Assembly: GCA_036489435.1 (NCBI GenBank)
Contig: DASXFU010000039.1
Span: 192,331 to 256,330 of the forward strand
From: Rhizomicrobium sp.
GTDB lineage: Bacteria; Pseudomonadota; Alphaproteobacteria; Micropepsales; Micropepsaceae
Length of the DNA: 64,000 bases
Direction: 5' to 3'
Shown here: positions 19,862 through 30,473 of the stretch, piece by piece
How positions within the stretch are numbered: position 1 is the stretch's first letter
Layout of the letters: each line of letters opens with the position of its first letter
Made by a program: the position numbers and the translations under genes
Notes under the pieces: model-generated
Told to the model about the DNA's origin: nothing
Databases searched by the model: none
Seen by the model: the letters and a program-made list of their open reading frames with translations, nothing else

Positions 19862-21496
19862 CTACTGCGACAGGATGTCGACGGAGACGAGCCTGGCGCC
19901 GTTGCCCACCTCGTGGCCTCCACCCGACATGGCCATGCCTTTGTTGAGTTTGAGGTTGCGGCCGTTGCCGGCGCCGTGGCCGTCCTCGCGCACGACCGAC
20001 AGGGTCTGCTCCTTGAGGGCGCGCATGCTCGCCGCCTGCTGGCCGCGCAGCGGCACAACCACCGAGATCTGGCCGCTCATCATGTCATGCCCGAAAAAGC
20101 TGATCAGCTCCACGAAGTGCGGATTGCCCGGGCCGATGTTGCGCGTATCCGCAGGGGCGTTGAGCAGGATCTTGTAGGTCGAGCCGAACCCGCCCGCCGG
20201 AATGTCGATCACGACCTTGGCGAACAGAGGCGCGTCGCTCGGCGTGCTGGAGGCAAGGTTGAATTTCGCGCTGGCCGGCGCTCCCGCGCCGAGTGCGCTG
20301 GCGACGACGCGTCCTTGCGTCAATCCCGGCGCCGCGTTGGCGGCCACGGCCACGGGCGATTTCGGAACGACTTCCTCGCCGGTGCCCGGCTCGTAGTCGT
20401 AGTCGAACTTGCCGATCTCCACGAACTCCTTGGCATAATGTGGCGCGACTTTCCCGCTGTCGTCGACGAAGAAGAGGAACGGTTCGGCCTCCCAGGCGTC
20501 CTTGTCCGTACCCTGCGGGGTCGTGGGCTTCTTGTAGGCAATCTGCTTGCGCGTCCACACGTCCCACAGCCGGTCCATGTTGGAGTGATGCAGGAAGAAG
20601 ATGGGATCGACGGGCGAGAGATTGGCCTGCATGAACCCGCCATTGTCCCTGATCGGCTGGCCGGCGATGTCGTAGACGATGCCGCCCACGCAATTGTGGA
20701 TCTTGTTGTGCGGGAACATCTCCAGCGGCCCGAAACCCGACATGTCGGAATGATGCGCGGCCTTGGCGCTGCCGAAGGTAATGAAGTCGGACGGCGACAG
20801 GCTGAGCAGCACTTGCGTCTTTGATGCCGAATTTGACGTGAACTCGTCGAGTTTCGGATTTTCCTTCTTGAGTCCGCGCGCCTGGCTGATGTTGAAGAAC
20901 ATCGGGCCGTTCGGCGGATCCTTGATGTCCTTCCACATGTCGTCCGCCGTCGTGTAGTTGCGGATCTTCAGCTCCGCCAACTGATCGGACGTGAACTCCT
21001 TGTGGTACATGTAGTCGAGCTGCTTCGCGAACGCGCCGTAGAAGTCGTTGAAGGCGGGGATGAAGCCCGGCGTCGTCGGCGTCAGCCAGGGTTCGTACAT
21101 GACGGCCGGAACCTCCTGCACCCTGGACCAGTCCCAATAGGGAATGGCGAAATCCTTGACGCCCGTCACCCGGCGGCAGATCTGCTCGAAATAGCCCATA
21201 TAGCCGCGATGCCATGGCAGGAACCACCAATTGCCGTGCGGGCAATCCATCGTGTGGGTCATCGCGTAGCGGTACATGTTGAACGGGTCTTCAACCTTCT
21301 GCGAGTGCAGCATCCTGATCGCGGCCGCGAGGACTTTCGCCATCTCCTGGCCCTTGGTGCTCGTGACGTTCCAGCGCCGCCAGGTCGCACTGCTCTGCGC
21401 AACGGCAGAGCCCAGCGGGAGGATCGTCACGGTCGTGGCCGCGAGGGTGGTTTCTATGAAATGACGGCGTGTAAGCCCAGAACTTGATTTGCGCAT
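19862..21496 (-). CDS. Tat-exported tyrosinase/polyphenol oxidase
   Basis: TRRHFI twin-arginine motif; CuA HTMDCPH...FLPWHR; CuB PHNKIH...DPIFFLHH.NMDRLW. Confidence 0.93.
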   Translation of the reverse strand: MRKSSSGLTRRHFIETTLAATTVTILPLGSAVAQSSATWRRWNVTSTKGQEMAKVLAAAIRMLHSQKVEDPFNMYRYAMTHTMDCPHGNWWFLPWHRGYMGYFEQICRRVTGVKDFAIPYWDWSRVQEVPAVMYEPWLTPTTPGFIPAFNDFYGAFAKQLDYMYHKEFTSDQLAELKIRNYTTADDMWKDIKDPPNGPMFFNISQARGLKKENPKLDEFTSNSASKTQVLLSLSPSDFITFGSAKAAHHSDMSGFGPLEMFPHNKIHNCVGGIVYDIAGQPIRDNGGFMQANLSPVDPIFFLHHSNMDRLWDVWTRKQIAYKKPTTPQGTDKDAWEAEPFLFFVDDSGKVAPHYAKEFVEIGKFDYDYEPGTGEEVVPKSPVAVAANAAPGLTQGRVVASALGAGAPASAKFNLASSTPSDAPLFAKVVIDIPAGGFGSTYKILLNAPADTRNIGPGNPHFVELISFFGHDMMSGQISVVVPLRGQQAASMRALKEQTLSVVREDGHGAGNGRNLKLNKGMAMSGGGHEVGNGARLVSVDILSQ

Positions 21497-21568
21497 ATTT
21501 GCCCCCCAATAGTCGTCCCCAAGGACTCGCATGGTAACCACAGAAACGGGACAAATAAAAGGTTGTAT

Positions 21569-22537
21569 TCAGCCCTTGAGTTCCGCCATCCGCGCGATGA
21601 CGGCTTCCGCTTCCGCCATGATCTCCCGCACGATCTCGCCCGCTGTCTTCACGGCATGCACGCCGCCCGCGCCCTGGCCCATGGCGAAGGCGGAGCGTTC
21701 GCGGGAAAGGCCATCGATCTGTCCGCCGATGCCGCCCATGACGCCCGCCTGGCTCGACAGCATCGCCTGGGCGGGGAACTTCTGGATGTCCTGCGGGCGG
21801 GCTTCCCAATCCCTGACCCATTCGTTGTTGAACACGCGCATCGGCTTGCCGGAATAGGAGCGCGTCACGATCGTGTCCTCGTCGCGCGCGTCCAGGATCA
21901 CCTGCTTGTAGAGCGCGCCGGCATGCGCCTCCGCCGAGGCGATGAAGCGGGTTCCGATCCACACGCCTTGCGCGCCCAGCGCCAGCGCCGCCGCCAGCCC
22001 GCGGCCGTCGACAATCGAACCCGCCGCGATGACGGGAATCTTCACCGCATCCACGATCTGCGGGATCAGCGCCATGCCGGCGATACGCCCGGTATGTCCG
22101 CCAGCTTCCGTGCCTTGCGCGACAACGGCATCGAGCCCGCCCGTCTCGGCGGATTTCGCATGCTTCACCGTGCCGTTGACGTTCATCACTTTCAGCCCGG
22201 CGTCGTGAAACTTCTTCACCAGGTGCGGCGGCGGCACGCCGAGGCCGGAGATGAACGCTTTCGCGCCGCCTTCGATGATCGCATCCGCCGTGCGCTCCAA
22301 CGATTCCGGAACCGCCGCCAGCAGATCGACGCCGAACGGTTTGTCGGTGAGGTCGCGCACGCGCTTAATCTCTTCCGCGATCTCCTTCTGCGAGCGCCCC
22401 GCCATGCCGAGGCATCCGAACCCGCCCGCATTCGACACCGCCGCGCACAACTCCGCGTAAGACACGCCGCCCATCCCCGCGAGCATGATGGGATAGTCGA
22501 TGCCAAGCATGTCGCAGAGTGGCGTGCGGATGGTCAT
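21569..22537 (-). CDS. Nitronate monooxygenase / FabK-like flavoenzyme
   Basis: PIMLAGMGG, AVSNAGGFG, QGTEAGGHTG, IGTRFIAS.EA. Confidence 0.9.
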   Translation of the reverse strand: MTIRTPLCDMLGIDYPIMLAGMGGVSYAELCAAVSNAGGFGCLGMAGRSQKEIAEEIKRVRDLTDKPFGVDLLAAVPESLERTADAIIEGGAKAFISGLGVPPPHLVKKFHDAGLKVMNVNGTVKHAKSAETGGLDAVVAQGTEAGGHTGRIAGMALIPQIVDAVKIPVIAAGSIVDGRGLAAALALGAQGVWIGTRFIASAEAHAGALYKQVILDARDEDTIVTRSYSGKPMRVFNNEWVRDWEARPQDIQKFPAQAMLSSQAGVMGGIGGQIDGLSRERSAFAMGQGAGGVHAVKTAGEIVREIMAEAEAVIARMAELKG

Positions 22538-22562
22538 GGGGTGGTCCTCGCGTCGCGGCGGC

Positions 22563-23816
22563 TCAACCGAACCGCCTCTGCGCCTCCCGCGTCAAGCCTA
22601 ACGCAACGGAAAGGAAGTCCGAGCCCGCGGTGCCGCGTGCGTCTGGCGCGGCGCCCGCGATGGCGCGCTGCACGGCGGGGACGCGGCTGGAGCCGCCGGT
22701 GAAGAAGATGGTCTGGATCTGATCCGGCCGCACACCCGCGCGCGTCACGCATTCGCCGGCCACGGTGCGCAGTTTGTCGAGCTTGTCGCGGATGCTGTCC
22801 TCGAAGCCCGTTTGCGTCGCGCGCGCGGCAAGGCCGGTTTCCAGGAAGTCGAGGGGCAGGGCGATCTCGGCCGCTTCGCTGAGCGCGATCTTGGCGTCCT
22901 CCACCGCGAAGGCGATGCGGTGGCCGAGATGGCGGCGGAGCGTCTTCAACAGCCGCGCCACCTTGTCGGGTTCGCAGGCCTGCTTCAGCAGCGCGGCCAC
23001 GTCACGTTCGTTACGCCAGGTATAGGCGAAGTTGATGGTCGGCCAGGTCGCCAGCTCGTGATAGAGGCCGCGTGGCATCGGCAGGTCCTTCTCGGTGAGC
23101 TGCGTGCCCAGGCCCAGCATCGGCATGATGGCGGCGAGGTTGAGCCGCGTGTCGAAATCCGTGCCGCCGATGCGGACACCGGCATTGGCCAGGATGTCCG
23201 CCCGCCGGTCGGACAGCGCGCGCCGCTCCGGCCCGATGCGGATGACCGTGAAGTCCGACGTGCCGCCGCCGATGTCCGCCACCAGCACCAGCTCCTCGCC
23301 CGTGGCCGTCTCTTCATAGTGATAGGCCGCCGCGATGGGCTCATACTCGAAACGAACGTGACGGAATCCCGCGCGGTGGGCGATGCCTTCCAGCACGCTT
23401 TGCGCCCGCGCGTCTGCCACGTCGTCGCCGTCCACGAAGCGCACCGGGCGGCCATGCACCACCTCGGTTATCTCTTCGCCGACAAAGGCTTCCGCGCGCG
23501 CCTTCAGGTGGCGCACGAAGATTTCCACCACCTCGGTCAGCTTGATGCGGCGCCGGCCGACGGCGGTGGTCTCGTCGATCAGTGGCGAGCCCAGGATGGT
23601 TTTCAGCGCCCGCATCAGCCGTCCCTCCCGTCGGCCGATATAGGTGTCGACGGCCTCGCGCCCGAACAGCACACGGCCGTGCTCCTCGAAGTCGAAGAAG
23701 ATGGCCGATGGGATAAGACTGGATGCACCCTCAACGGGCGCGAGCGTGGGCGCACCGTTCCGCATCACGCCGATGGCGGAATTGGAGGTGCCGAAATCGA
23801 GACCGCAGGCAGGCAT
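22563..23816 (-). CDS. Hsp70-family protein (YegD-like)
   Basis: GLDFGTSNS, GRLMRALK, EPIAAA, DIGGGTSDF, TGGSS; no substrate-binding domain. Confidence 0.92.
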   Translation of the reverse strand: MPACGLDFGTSNSAIGVMRNGAPTLAPVEGASSLIPSAIFFDFEEHGRVLFGREAVDTYIGRREGRLMRALKTILGSPLIDETTAVGRRRIKLTEVVEIFVRHLKARAEAFVGEEITEVVHGRPVRFVDGDDVADARAQSVLEGIAHRAGFRHVRFEYEPIAAAYHYEETATGEELVLVADIGGGTSDFTVIRIGPERRALSDRRADILANAGVRIGGTDFDTRLNLAAIMPMLGLGTQLTEKDLPMPRGLYHELATWPTINFAYTWRNERDVAALLKQACEPDKVARLLKTLRRHLGHRIAFAVEDAKIALSEAAEIALPLDFLETGLAARATQTGFEDSIRDKLDKLRTVAGECVTRAGVRPDQIQTIFFTGGSSRVPAVQRAIAGAAPDARGTAGSDFLSVALGLTREAQRRFG

Positions 23817-23868
23817 GGGCGAACCCCTCACTGAAATGGGGTTCTCATCTATTACGCATTTCGTGGGC

Positions 23869-23897
23869 TTGCCAGTCTGTTTCTTCGTACTTATACT
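23869..23897 (+). promoter_or_regulatory. Sigma70-like promoter TTGCCA-N17-TATACT
   Basis: 5/6 match at each hexamer with 17-nt spacing. Confidence 0.6.
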
Positions 23898-23909
23898 GGG
23901 CCACCTAGT

Positions 23910-23940
23910 GGGATGCCTCGAACGCGGGCGTCCCTTTTTT
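23910..23940 (+). terminator. Intrinsic terminator-like hairpin with T tract, upstream of the GNAT gene
   Basis: GGGATGCCT-cgaacgc-GGGCGTCCC followed by TTTTTT. Confidence 0.65.
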
Positions 23941-23971
23941 GTTTATACCGGTTTTTGTTTGTGTACGGGCG

Positions 23972-24400
23972 ATGTTCGAAATCCGCATCCTGAAATCCGG
24001 CGACGAAAGCGTGCTGACGCGCGTGGCCGATGGCGTGTTCGACAACGAGGTCGATCCCAAACTGGTGCGCGAGTTCCTCGCCGACCCGCATCACCACATC
24101 GCCGTCGCCATCGACGACGGAATCGTCGTGGCCTCGGTGTCAGGCGTCGACTACATCCATCCCGACAAGCCGCGTGAACTCTGGATCAACGAAGTGGCGG
24201 TCGCCGCCAGCCATCACCGCCGCGGCATCGCCAAATCCACGCTCAATTGCCTGATCGCCCATGCGCGCACGCTCGGCTGCCACGAAGCCTGGGTGTTGAC
24301 GGACAAGAGCAACACCGCCGCGTGCGCGCTCTACGAGTCTCAAGGCGGCGCCTCGATGGGCGACGAGATGGAAGGCTTCGAGTTCAAGCTGAAGCGATAG
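23972..24400 (+). CDS. GNAT-family acetyltransferase
   Basis: HPDKPRELWINEVAVAASHHRRGIA, WVLTDKSNTAACALYES. Confidence 0.9.
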   Translation: MFEIRILKSGDESVLTRVADGVFDNEVDPKLVREFLADPHHHIAVAIDDGIVVASVSGVDYIHPDKPRELWINEVAVAASHHRRGIAKSTLNCLIAHARTLGCHEAWVLTDKSNTAACALYESQGGASMGDEMEGFEFKLKR

Positions 24401-24401
24401 G

Positions 24402-25133
24402 TTACGGCGTCATCCGCGACCAGCCTTCGGGGCCGAGCGCTTCGAGCGGCTGGAAGCGCGCCTTGTAGTCCATCTTGGCGCTGCCGCGGATCCAGTAGCC
24501 GAGATACACATACTGAAGCCCACGCGCCCGCGCCACTTCGATGTGATCGAGGATCATGGCGGAGCCAAGGCTGCGGGCGATCTCGCCGGGGTGATAGAAA
24601 CTGTAGACCATCGACAACCCGTCGCGCAGCACGTCGGTCAGCGCGCAGGCCATCAGCGGGCGGCCCTGCTCGGTGGGGCCGCGATATTCCACGATGTGGG
24701 TTTCGACCGGCGTCTCTTCCACCATCGCCACGTAATCGAACAGGCCCATGTCGGACATGCCGCCGCCGGCGTGGCGCGAGTCGAGATAGGCGCGCAGCAG
24801 CGCGAACTGCTCGCGCGTCGCTTCCGCCGTCACGGGATGGCGGGTGAGATCGAGGTTGCGGCGCTGGATGCGGCGCTGGCCGCGCGAGGGCTCGAAGTCG
24901 TTGACCACGATCCGCACGGAGACACAGGCGTTGCAGCCTTCGCAGGCCGGGCGGTAGGCGATCATCTGGCTGCGGCGGAAACCGGAATGTGTCAGCGCCT
25001 CGTTGAGGCCTTGGGCGAAGCTGCCGTTGAGGCGCGCGAAGACCTTGCGTTCGATGCGGCCGGGCAGGTACGGGCATGGCCCGCCGGGCGTGAGGAAAAA
25101 TTGCGGCAGACGTGCTGTGCGTTGGTCCGTCAA
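24402..25133 (-). CDS. ate: Arginyl-tRNA-protein transferase-like (bacterial Ate/Bpt)
   Basis: [42 protein letters not shown]. Confidence 0.93.
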   Translation of the reverse strand: MTDQRTARLPQFFLTPGGPCPYLPGRIERKVFARLNGSFAQGLNEALTHSGFRRSQMIAYRPACEGCNACVSVRIVVNDFEPSRGQRRIQRRNLDLTRHPVTAEATREQFALLRAYLDSRHAGGGMSDMGLFDYVAMVEETPVETHIVEYRGPTEQGRPLMACALTDVLRDGLSMVYSFYHPGEIARSLGSAMILDHIEVARARGLQYVYLGYWIRGSAKMDYKARFQPLEALGPEGWSRMTP

Positions 25134-25245
25134 GGGAACCGCCCGGGAATTCCAACGCAAGTATGACGCGACAATCCCGTTTTGCGCCAGTCCGCCGAAG
25201 CGTCACGGTGAATTTTGTTTGCGGCGTTACCGCAGCGGACAGTTC

Positions 25246-26178
25246 CTAGAACTTGTTGCCCGGCGGAACCGGCGGCGCCTCGCGCAGCAGCACGATGGAG
25301 AGGCGGCGATTGGCCGAGGAATTGGGGTCTTCTGGCAGCAGCGGCTGCGAGCCGGCCCGTCCGGCGACCTCATAGATCCGGTCGCTGTCGACGCCGGCGC
25401 CGGTGATGATGGCACGCGCGGCATTGGCGCGGGAGGCAGACAGCTCCCAATTTGCCGCACCGCCGCCATCCGCGCCCGCCGTGTGGCCGGAGATGGAGAT
25501 GCGGTTGGGCAGCCGGTCGATCACTTTGGAGACGGCCTCCAGCAGCTTCTTGGTATAGGGCATGGGTTCCGTGCCGCCGGGCTGGAACATCGGCTTGCCG
25601 TCCTGGTCCACGAGTTGGATGCGCAGGCCCTCGGGCGTGTTGTCCACGATGACCTGGCGGGAGAGGGCGGCGATGTCGGGGCTCTCCTGCATCGCCTGGC
25701 GGATCGATTCGGCCGCACTCTCGAAATCGCGGTCCTGCGAGGAGGGCACGGCGCGCTGGAGATGATCGTCGCTGGTGACCTGCGAGGCGGGCGCGGTGCC
25801 TTTTGCGTCGGTGGCGCCGCCTGCGTGCGTCTGGGTCTCTTTGGAGTGGGTAGGGTCAGAGGGCGCTGGCGGCGTCGTCTTGTTGTAGACGGAGACCGCG
25901 CCACCGGCGCGCGCGCTTTCCTGGCCCAGAACCTTGCCGCCCAGCAAGCCGCCGGAGCCGCTGGAGGTCTGCGAGATGCTCTGGGCGGCGAAATAATCTG
26001 CGATGCCGCGCTTCTGCTCGGGCGTCGTGGTGTTGATCAGCCACATGAGCAGGAAGAAGGCCATCATCGCGGTGACGAAATCGGCATAGGCGACTTTCCA
26101 CGCGCCGCCGTGATGGCCGCCGTGCCCGCCTTTCTTGATGCGCTTGACGATGATCGAACCGTCCGCCGCCACGCCCAA
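25246..26178 (-). CDS. motB: Flagellar motor protein MotB
   Basis: HHGGAWKVAYADFVTAMMAFFLLMWL; OmpA-like domain NWELSASRAN...NRR. Confidence 0.95.
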   Translation of the reverse strand: MGVAADGSIIVKRIKKGGHGGHHGGAWKVAYADFVTAMMAFFLLMWLINTTTPEQKRGIADYFAAQSISQTSSGSGGLLGGKVLGQESARAGGAVSVYNKTTPPAPSDPTHSKETQTHAGGATDAKGTAPASQVTSDDHLQRAVPSSQDRDFESAAESIRQAMQESPDIAALSRQVIVDNTPEGLRIQLVDQDGKPMFQPGGTEPMPYTKKLLEAVSKVIDRLPNRISISGHTAGADGGGAANWELSASRANAARAIITGAGVDSDRIYEVAGRAGSQPLLPEDPNSSANRRLSIVLLREAPPVPPGNKF

Positions 26179-26293
26179 CCCCTTGCGGGCGCGTCAGCCT
26201 GGGCTTTCCCCCGCCGCGCGCCTCGCCTAATTTCGAACCCGGATCATGCCGCAACGGCGTTAACCGAGCGTTGCGGCCGCAAAAGGCCCGGTC

Positions 26294-26773
26294 ATGGATT
26301 TCGACAGTCGTGCATTCCGCCGCGCCTTGGGCGCTTTCCCGACCGGCGTGGCCGTGGTCACCGCCCTGGCTGAGGGCGGGGGCGTGATGGGGATCACGGT
26401 GAATTCCTTCACTTCGGTCTCGCTGGACCCGCCTTTGGTGCTGTGGTGCCTGGACCGCAAGTCGGACCGCTTCCGCACCTTCGTGGAGGCGCGCCATCAC
26501 ACCATCTCGATCCTCGGCACGGCGCATGAGGAAGTCTCGTCCCGCTTGGCCCGCCAGGGCGCGCATTCGCTGGATGGCATTCCGCTGCTCGACACCACGG
26601 CCGGACCGCCCGCTTTGGAAGACGCGCTCGCCATCTTCGAATGCGAGCGCCATGCGGTGCATGAGGCGGGCGACCACGCCATCCTGATCGGGCAGGTGCT
26701 GCGGTTCGCGCGCCGCGAGGCCGGTGCACCGCTGGTGTTCTTCCAGGGGCGTTACGGCGCGCTGGCGGGTTAG
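26294..26773 (+). CDS. Flavin reductase-family protein
   Basis: FRRALGAFPTGVAVVT, NSFTSVSLDPPLVLWC, GDH. Confidence 0.94.
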   Translation: MDFDSRAFRRALGAFPTGVAVVTALAEGGGVMGITVNSFTSVSLDPPLVLWCLDRKSDRFRTFVEARHHTISILGTAHEEVSSRLARQGAHSLDGIPLLDTTAGPPALEDALAIFECERHAVHEAGDHAILIGQVLRFARREAGAPLVFFQGRYGALAG

Positions 26774-28648
26774 TTACGCCGCCGCGCGGACGCGTCTGCG
26801 TGGGCCGGGGCGATGATGGCCCGGATGCTCGTTGTGGGCTTTGTCCTCCACGAAGAGCGAGATGAGCTGGTCGGTCATGGCGCCGCCGAGCTGTTCGGCG
26901 TCCACGATGGTCACGGCCTTGCGGTAATAACGCGTCACGTCATGGCCGATACCGATGGCGGTGAGCTCGACGGCGGATTTGCTCTCGATGTCCTCGATGA
27001 CATGGCGCAGATGGCGCTCGAGATAATTCCCCGCATTCACCGACAGCGTGGAGTCATCCACCGGCGCGCCGTCGGAGATCACCATCAGGATCTTGCGCTG
27101 CTCGGGGCGATTCACGATGCGATTGTGCGCCCACATCAGCGCCTCGCCGTCGATGTTCTCCTTGAGCAACCCCTCGCGCATCATCAGGCCGAGATTCTTG
27201 CGCGCGCGGCGCCAGGGCTCATCGGCGCTCTTGTAGATGATGTGGCGCAGATCGTTGAGGCGGCCGGGATGGGGCGGCTTGCCGTCCGCGATCCACTTCT
27301 CGCGGGACTGGCCGCCTTTCCAGGCGCGCGTCGTGAAGCCCAGCACCTCGGTCTTGACGGCGCAGCGTTCGAGCGTGCGGGCGAGGATGTCGGCGCACAT
27401 CGCCGCCACCATGATCGGCCGCCCGCGCATCGAGCCGGAATTGTCGAGCAACAGAGTCACGATCGTGTCGCGGAAGGTCATGTCCTTCTCGCGCTTGTAG
27501 GACAGCGGATACATCGGATCGATGATGATGCGCGGCAGGCGCGAGGAATCGAGCAAGCCCTCTTCGAGGTCGAATTCCCACGAGCGGTTCTGCTGCGCCA
27601 TCAAGAGGCGCTGCAGCTTGTTGGCCAGCCGGGCCACGACGCCCTGCATCGCCTGGAGCTGCTGGTCGAGAAAATTGCGCAAGCGCCCAAGTTCTTCCGG
27701 ATCGCAAAGATCAGCGGCGGAGATGATCTCGTCGAACTGGGTGGTGTGGATTTTGTAGCCCCATTCGTCCTGATGCGAGAAAGGCTGTTCGGGGCGGAAG
27801 GGTTTGGCGCCTTCGTCGCTCTCCTGCTGCTCGGAGGCTTCCGACATCTGGTCGGACTGCATCTCCGCGGCCATCTCATCGCCCTCGGAGCCGTCGCTCT
27901 CGGACATCTCGGCTTCGGAGGTTTCCGTCTGGCTCTCGCTGTCGCTTTCGCCGCCCTCGTCGGATTGCGGTTCGGGCTCGCCGTCCTCGTTCTCGCCGTC
28001 GGCTTCCGCGTCGTCGCCGGCGTCTTCACCCATTTCAAGATCGCGCAGGATGGTGCGGGTGAGTTTCGCGAACGCCTTCTGATCGCGCATCGTGGTTTCG
28101 AGCCGGGCGAGGTCCTTGCCCGCCTTCTCCTCGATCCACGGACGCCACAGATCGACGATGTTGCGCACGCTTTCGGGCGGCGGCGCACCGGTCAGCTTCT
28201 CGCGCACGATGAGGCCCAGCGCATCGGCCAGCGGCGCTTCGGACCGGTCGCGCGCCTTGGCGAGTCCCTTGGCGGTGAGCTTGGATTCGAGATTGGCGGT
28301 GAGGTTCGCGGCCACGCCCGCCATGGCGTTGGCGCCGATGGCTTCCACGCGCGCCTGCTCGGCGGATTCGAACACCGCCGCCGCGTCCGCCGATTGCGGG
28401 CGATATTGATCGTGCAGGCTGTCTTCGTGATAGGCGCGGCGCAGTGCGTAAGCGTCGCCCTGTCCGCGCACGATGGCGATCTCGTTCGGCGGCAGATTGC
28501 GCGAGGGCAGCGGCAGGCGTGCCTTCAGCCCCTTCAGCGCCGGCGGCTCCGCCGAGAAATTGACTTCGAGTTCAGGCTCCCCTGCAAGCGCCCGCACCGC
28601 CGTACCGACAGCGCGCTTGAACGGCTCGGAGGGATTTTCGGGTTTCAT
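26774..28648 (-). CDS. cobT: Cobaltochelatase subunit CobT (VWA domain)
   Basis: Acidic linker; [13 protein letters not shown]; [10 protein letters not shown]; KENIDGEAL; ISDGAPVDD. Confidence 0.96.
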   Translation of the reverse strand: MKPENPSEPFKRAVGTAVRALAGEPELEVNFSAEPPALKGLKARLPLPSRNLPPNEIAIVRGQGDAYALRRAYHEDSLHDQYRPQSADAAAVFESAEQARVEAIGANAMAGVAANLTANLESKLTAKGLAKARDRSEAPLADALGLIVREKLTGAPPPESVRNIVDLWRPWIEEKAGKDLARLETTMRDQKAFAKLTRTILRDLEMGEDAGDDAEADGENEDGEPEPQSDEGGESDSESQTETSEAEMSESDGSEGDEMAAEMQSDQMSEASEQQESDEGAKPFRPEQPFSHQDEWGYKIHTTQFDEIISAADLCDPEELGRLRNFLDQQLQAMQGVVARLANKLQRLLMAQQNRSWEFDLEEGLLDSSRLPRIIIDPMYPLSYKREKDMTFRDTIVTLLLDNSGSMRGRPIMVAAMCADILARTLERCAVKTEVLGFTTRAWKGGQSREKWIADGKPPHPGRLNDLRHIIYKSADEPWRRARKNLGLMMREGLLKENIDGEALMWAHNRIVNRPEQRKILMVISDGAPVDDSTLSVNAGNYLERHLRHVIEDIESKSAVELTAIGIGHDVTRYYRKAVTIVDAEQLGGAMTDQLISLFVEDKAHNEHPGHHRPGPRRRVRAAA

Positions 28649-28654
28649 TCTGAT

Positions 28655-28746
28655 GTGTCATGGCCCGCGACTGCGAGCCACCCAGTTGGGTTCTGCACCA
28701 TCTGCGACGCGTCACCTGGGTGGCCCGCAGTCGCGGGCCATGACAC
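28655..28746. repeat. Palindromic REP doublet, subfamily A (GTGTCATGGCCCGCGACTGCG...)
   Basis: Inverted arms; homologous to 48563-48654; fills the cobS-cobT gap. Confidence 0.92.
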
Positions 28747-28754
28747 TGAGTGGG

Positions 28755-29723
28755 TCACGCCACCAGCACCTTCGCGGCGGACTCCGGAAGCTCCTCGCCG
28801 AACGCGCGCTGATAGAACTCGGCCACGCTCGCCCGCTCCAATTCGTCGCACTTGTTCAGGAACGTCACGCGGAACGCAAAGCCCGTGTCACCGAAGATCT
28901 CCGCGTTCTCGGCCCAGGTGATCACCGTGCGCGGGCTCATCACGGTCGAGAGATCGCCGTTGATGAAGGCGTTGCGTGTCATGTCCGCCACGCGGACCAT
29001 GGCGGAGAGCTTCTTCTTGTCGAACGTCGGCACCTTGGCGGCGACGATGTCCACTTCCTCGTCATGCGGCAGGTAGTTGAGCGTGGTGACGATGTTCCAG
29101 CGGTCCATCTGGCCCTGGTTGATCTGCTGCGTGCCGTGATAGAGGCCCGTCGTGTCGCCCAACCCGATCGTGTTCGTCGTCGAGAACAGGCGGAACGAGG
29201 CGTGCGGCGTGATGACCTTGTTTTGGTCCAGCAAGGTGAGCTTGCCATGCGATTCCAGCACGCGCTGGATGACGAACATCACGTCCGGACGGCCGGCGTC
29301 ATACTCGTCGAAGGTTAGCGCCACGGGATGCTGCAGGCACCACGGCAACAGGCCTTCGCGGAATTCGGTGATCTGCTGGCCATCCTTCAGCACGATGGCG
29401 TCTTTGCCGATCAGGTCGATGCGGCTGATGTGGCTGTCGAGATTGATGCGCACGCAGGGCCAGTTGAGCCGCGACGCCACCTGCTCGATATGCGTCGACT
29501 TGCCGGTGCCGTGATAGCCCTGGATCATGACACGGCGGTTGTGCGCAAAGCCCGCGAGGATCGCGAGCGTGGTGTCGCGGTCGAAGCGATAGGACGCATC
29601 GTGCTCGGGCACGCGCTCGCTTGGCTCCTTGAAGCCCATGACCTTCAGCTTGGCGTCAATGCCGAAGGTCTTCTTCAAGTCGACGGGAACGTCGGGGAGG
29701 CCTTCGATAGGCTGGATGTTCAT
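28755..29723 (-). CDS. cobS: Cobaltochelatase subunit CobS (AAA+ ATPase)
   Basis: [48 protein letters not shown]. Confidence 0.96.
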   Translation of the reverse strand: MNIQPIEGLPDVPVDLKKTFGIDAKLKVMGFKEPSERVPEHDASYRFDRDTTLAILAGFAHNRRVMIQGYHGTGKSTHIEQVASRLNWPCVRINLDSHISRIDLIGKDAIVLKDGQQITEFREGLLPWCLQHPVALTFDEYDAGRPDVMFVIQRVLESHGKLTLLDQNKVITPHASFRLFSTTNTIGLGDTTGLYHGTQQINQGQMDRWNIVTTLNYLPHDEEVDIVAAKVPTFDKKKLSAMVRVADMTRNAFINGDLSTVMSPRTVITWAENAEIFGDTGFAFRVTFLNKCDELERASVAEFYQRAFGEELPESAAKVLVA

Positions 29724-29794
29724 GATGTCGTGGTCCGGCGTAAGATGTCTCGTGCGGGGTGACCGCCGCATGAGCTTGGGGCGCTCGCGCCGCC

Positions 29795-30391
29795 CTAGGT
29801 CAGCCCGGAGGCGCGCAACACGCCATAGGCCTTGATAACCTGCTTCAGACGCTCTTCCGCGCCCCGATCGCCGCCGTTCGCGTCGGGATGAAACCGCTTC
29901 ACCAGTTCCTTATACCGCGCCTTGATCTCAAGCAAGGTGGCGGTTTGCTCCAGGCCCAGCGTCTCCAAAGCGGCGAGTTGCGGGCGCAGAAGGCGGCGCT
30001 CCGGCGCGCGCGGTTTGGGCTTTTCCGCTGCGTCAGCAAAGACGCCGAAACGTTCCTCATAGGACTCATGCCCGTCGCGCATGCGAGCCGAGCGTTTGCC
30101 GAGCGGCCAGGTGGGGCGGTGGCCGGTGATGGCGTCGATGCGGAAGGCCTCGATCTCGGCCTCGCTCATGCCGCTGAAATAGTCCCAATGCTCATTATGG
30201 GCGCGGGCATGCGCCTGGCAGAACCAGAAATGTTCGCCGAGATTGTTCCGCGCCTTGGGAACCCGGAACGCGCCTTCGCCCGCGCAACCCGCGTGGTCGC
30301 ACGCCCGCGTCGCCTTCACGGCCACGAGCGGCACATCCGGCTTGATGCGCATGTCCTTGCCGAAGCGCGGTTTGTATTGGGCGTTTGCCAT
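29795..30391 (-). CDS. J-domain protein (C-terminal DnaJ domain)
   Basis: CDHAGC...[15 protein letters not shown]; [11 protein letters not shown] (HPD motif). Confidence 0.92.
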   Translation of the reverse strand: MANAQYKPRFGKDMRIKPDVPLVAVKATRACDHAGCAGEGAFRVPKARNNLGEHFWFCQAHARAHNEHWDYFSGMSEAEIEAFRIDAITGHRPTWPLGKRSARMRDGHESYEERFGVFADAAEKPKPRAPERRLLRPQLAALETLGLEQTATLLEIKARYKELVKRFHPDANGGDRGAEERLKQVIKAYGVLRASGLT

Positions 30392-30473
30392 TGTGCGAGT
30401 ATGGGGACTGAGTGTGAAAAAACAAGAAAACCTATTGCTTGACAACACGCATTTCTTCCGCCGAAACAAATAG

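Noticed and set aside
23898-23912. GGGCCACC as a tRNA 3' remnant, or a pyrG-type reiterative transcription start
   Set aside because: No T-loop or cloverleaf, and the GGG lies too close to the -10 element to be the start site
25246-26178. motB without an adjacent motA
   Set aside because: Separate motA and motB loci are common in alphaproteobacteria
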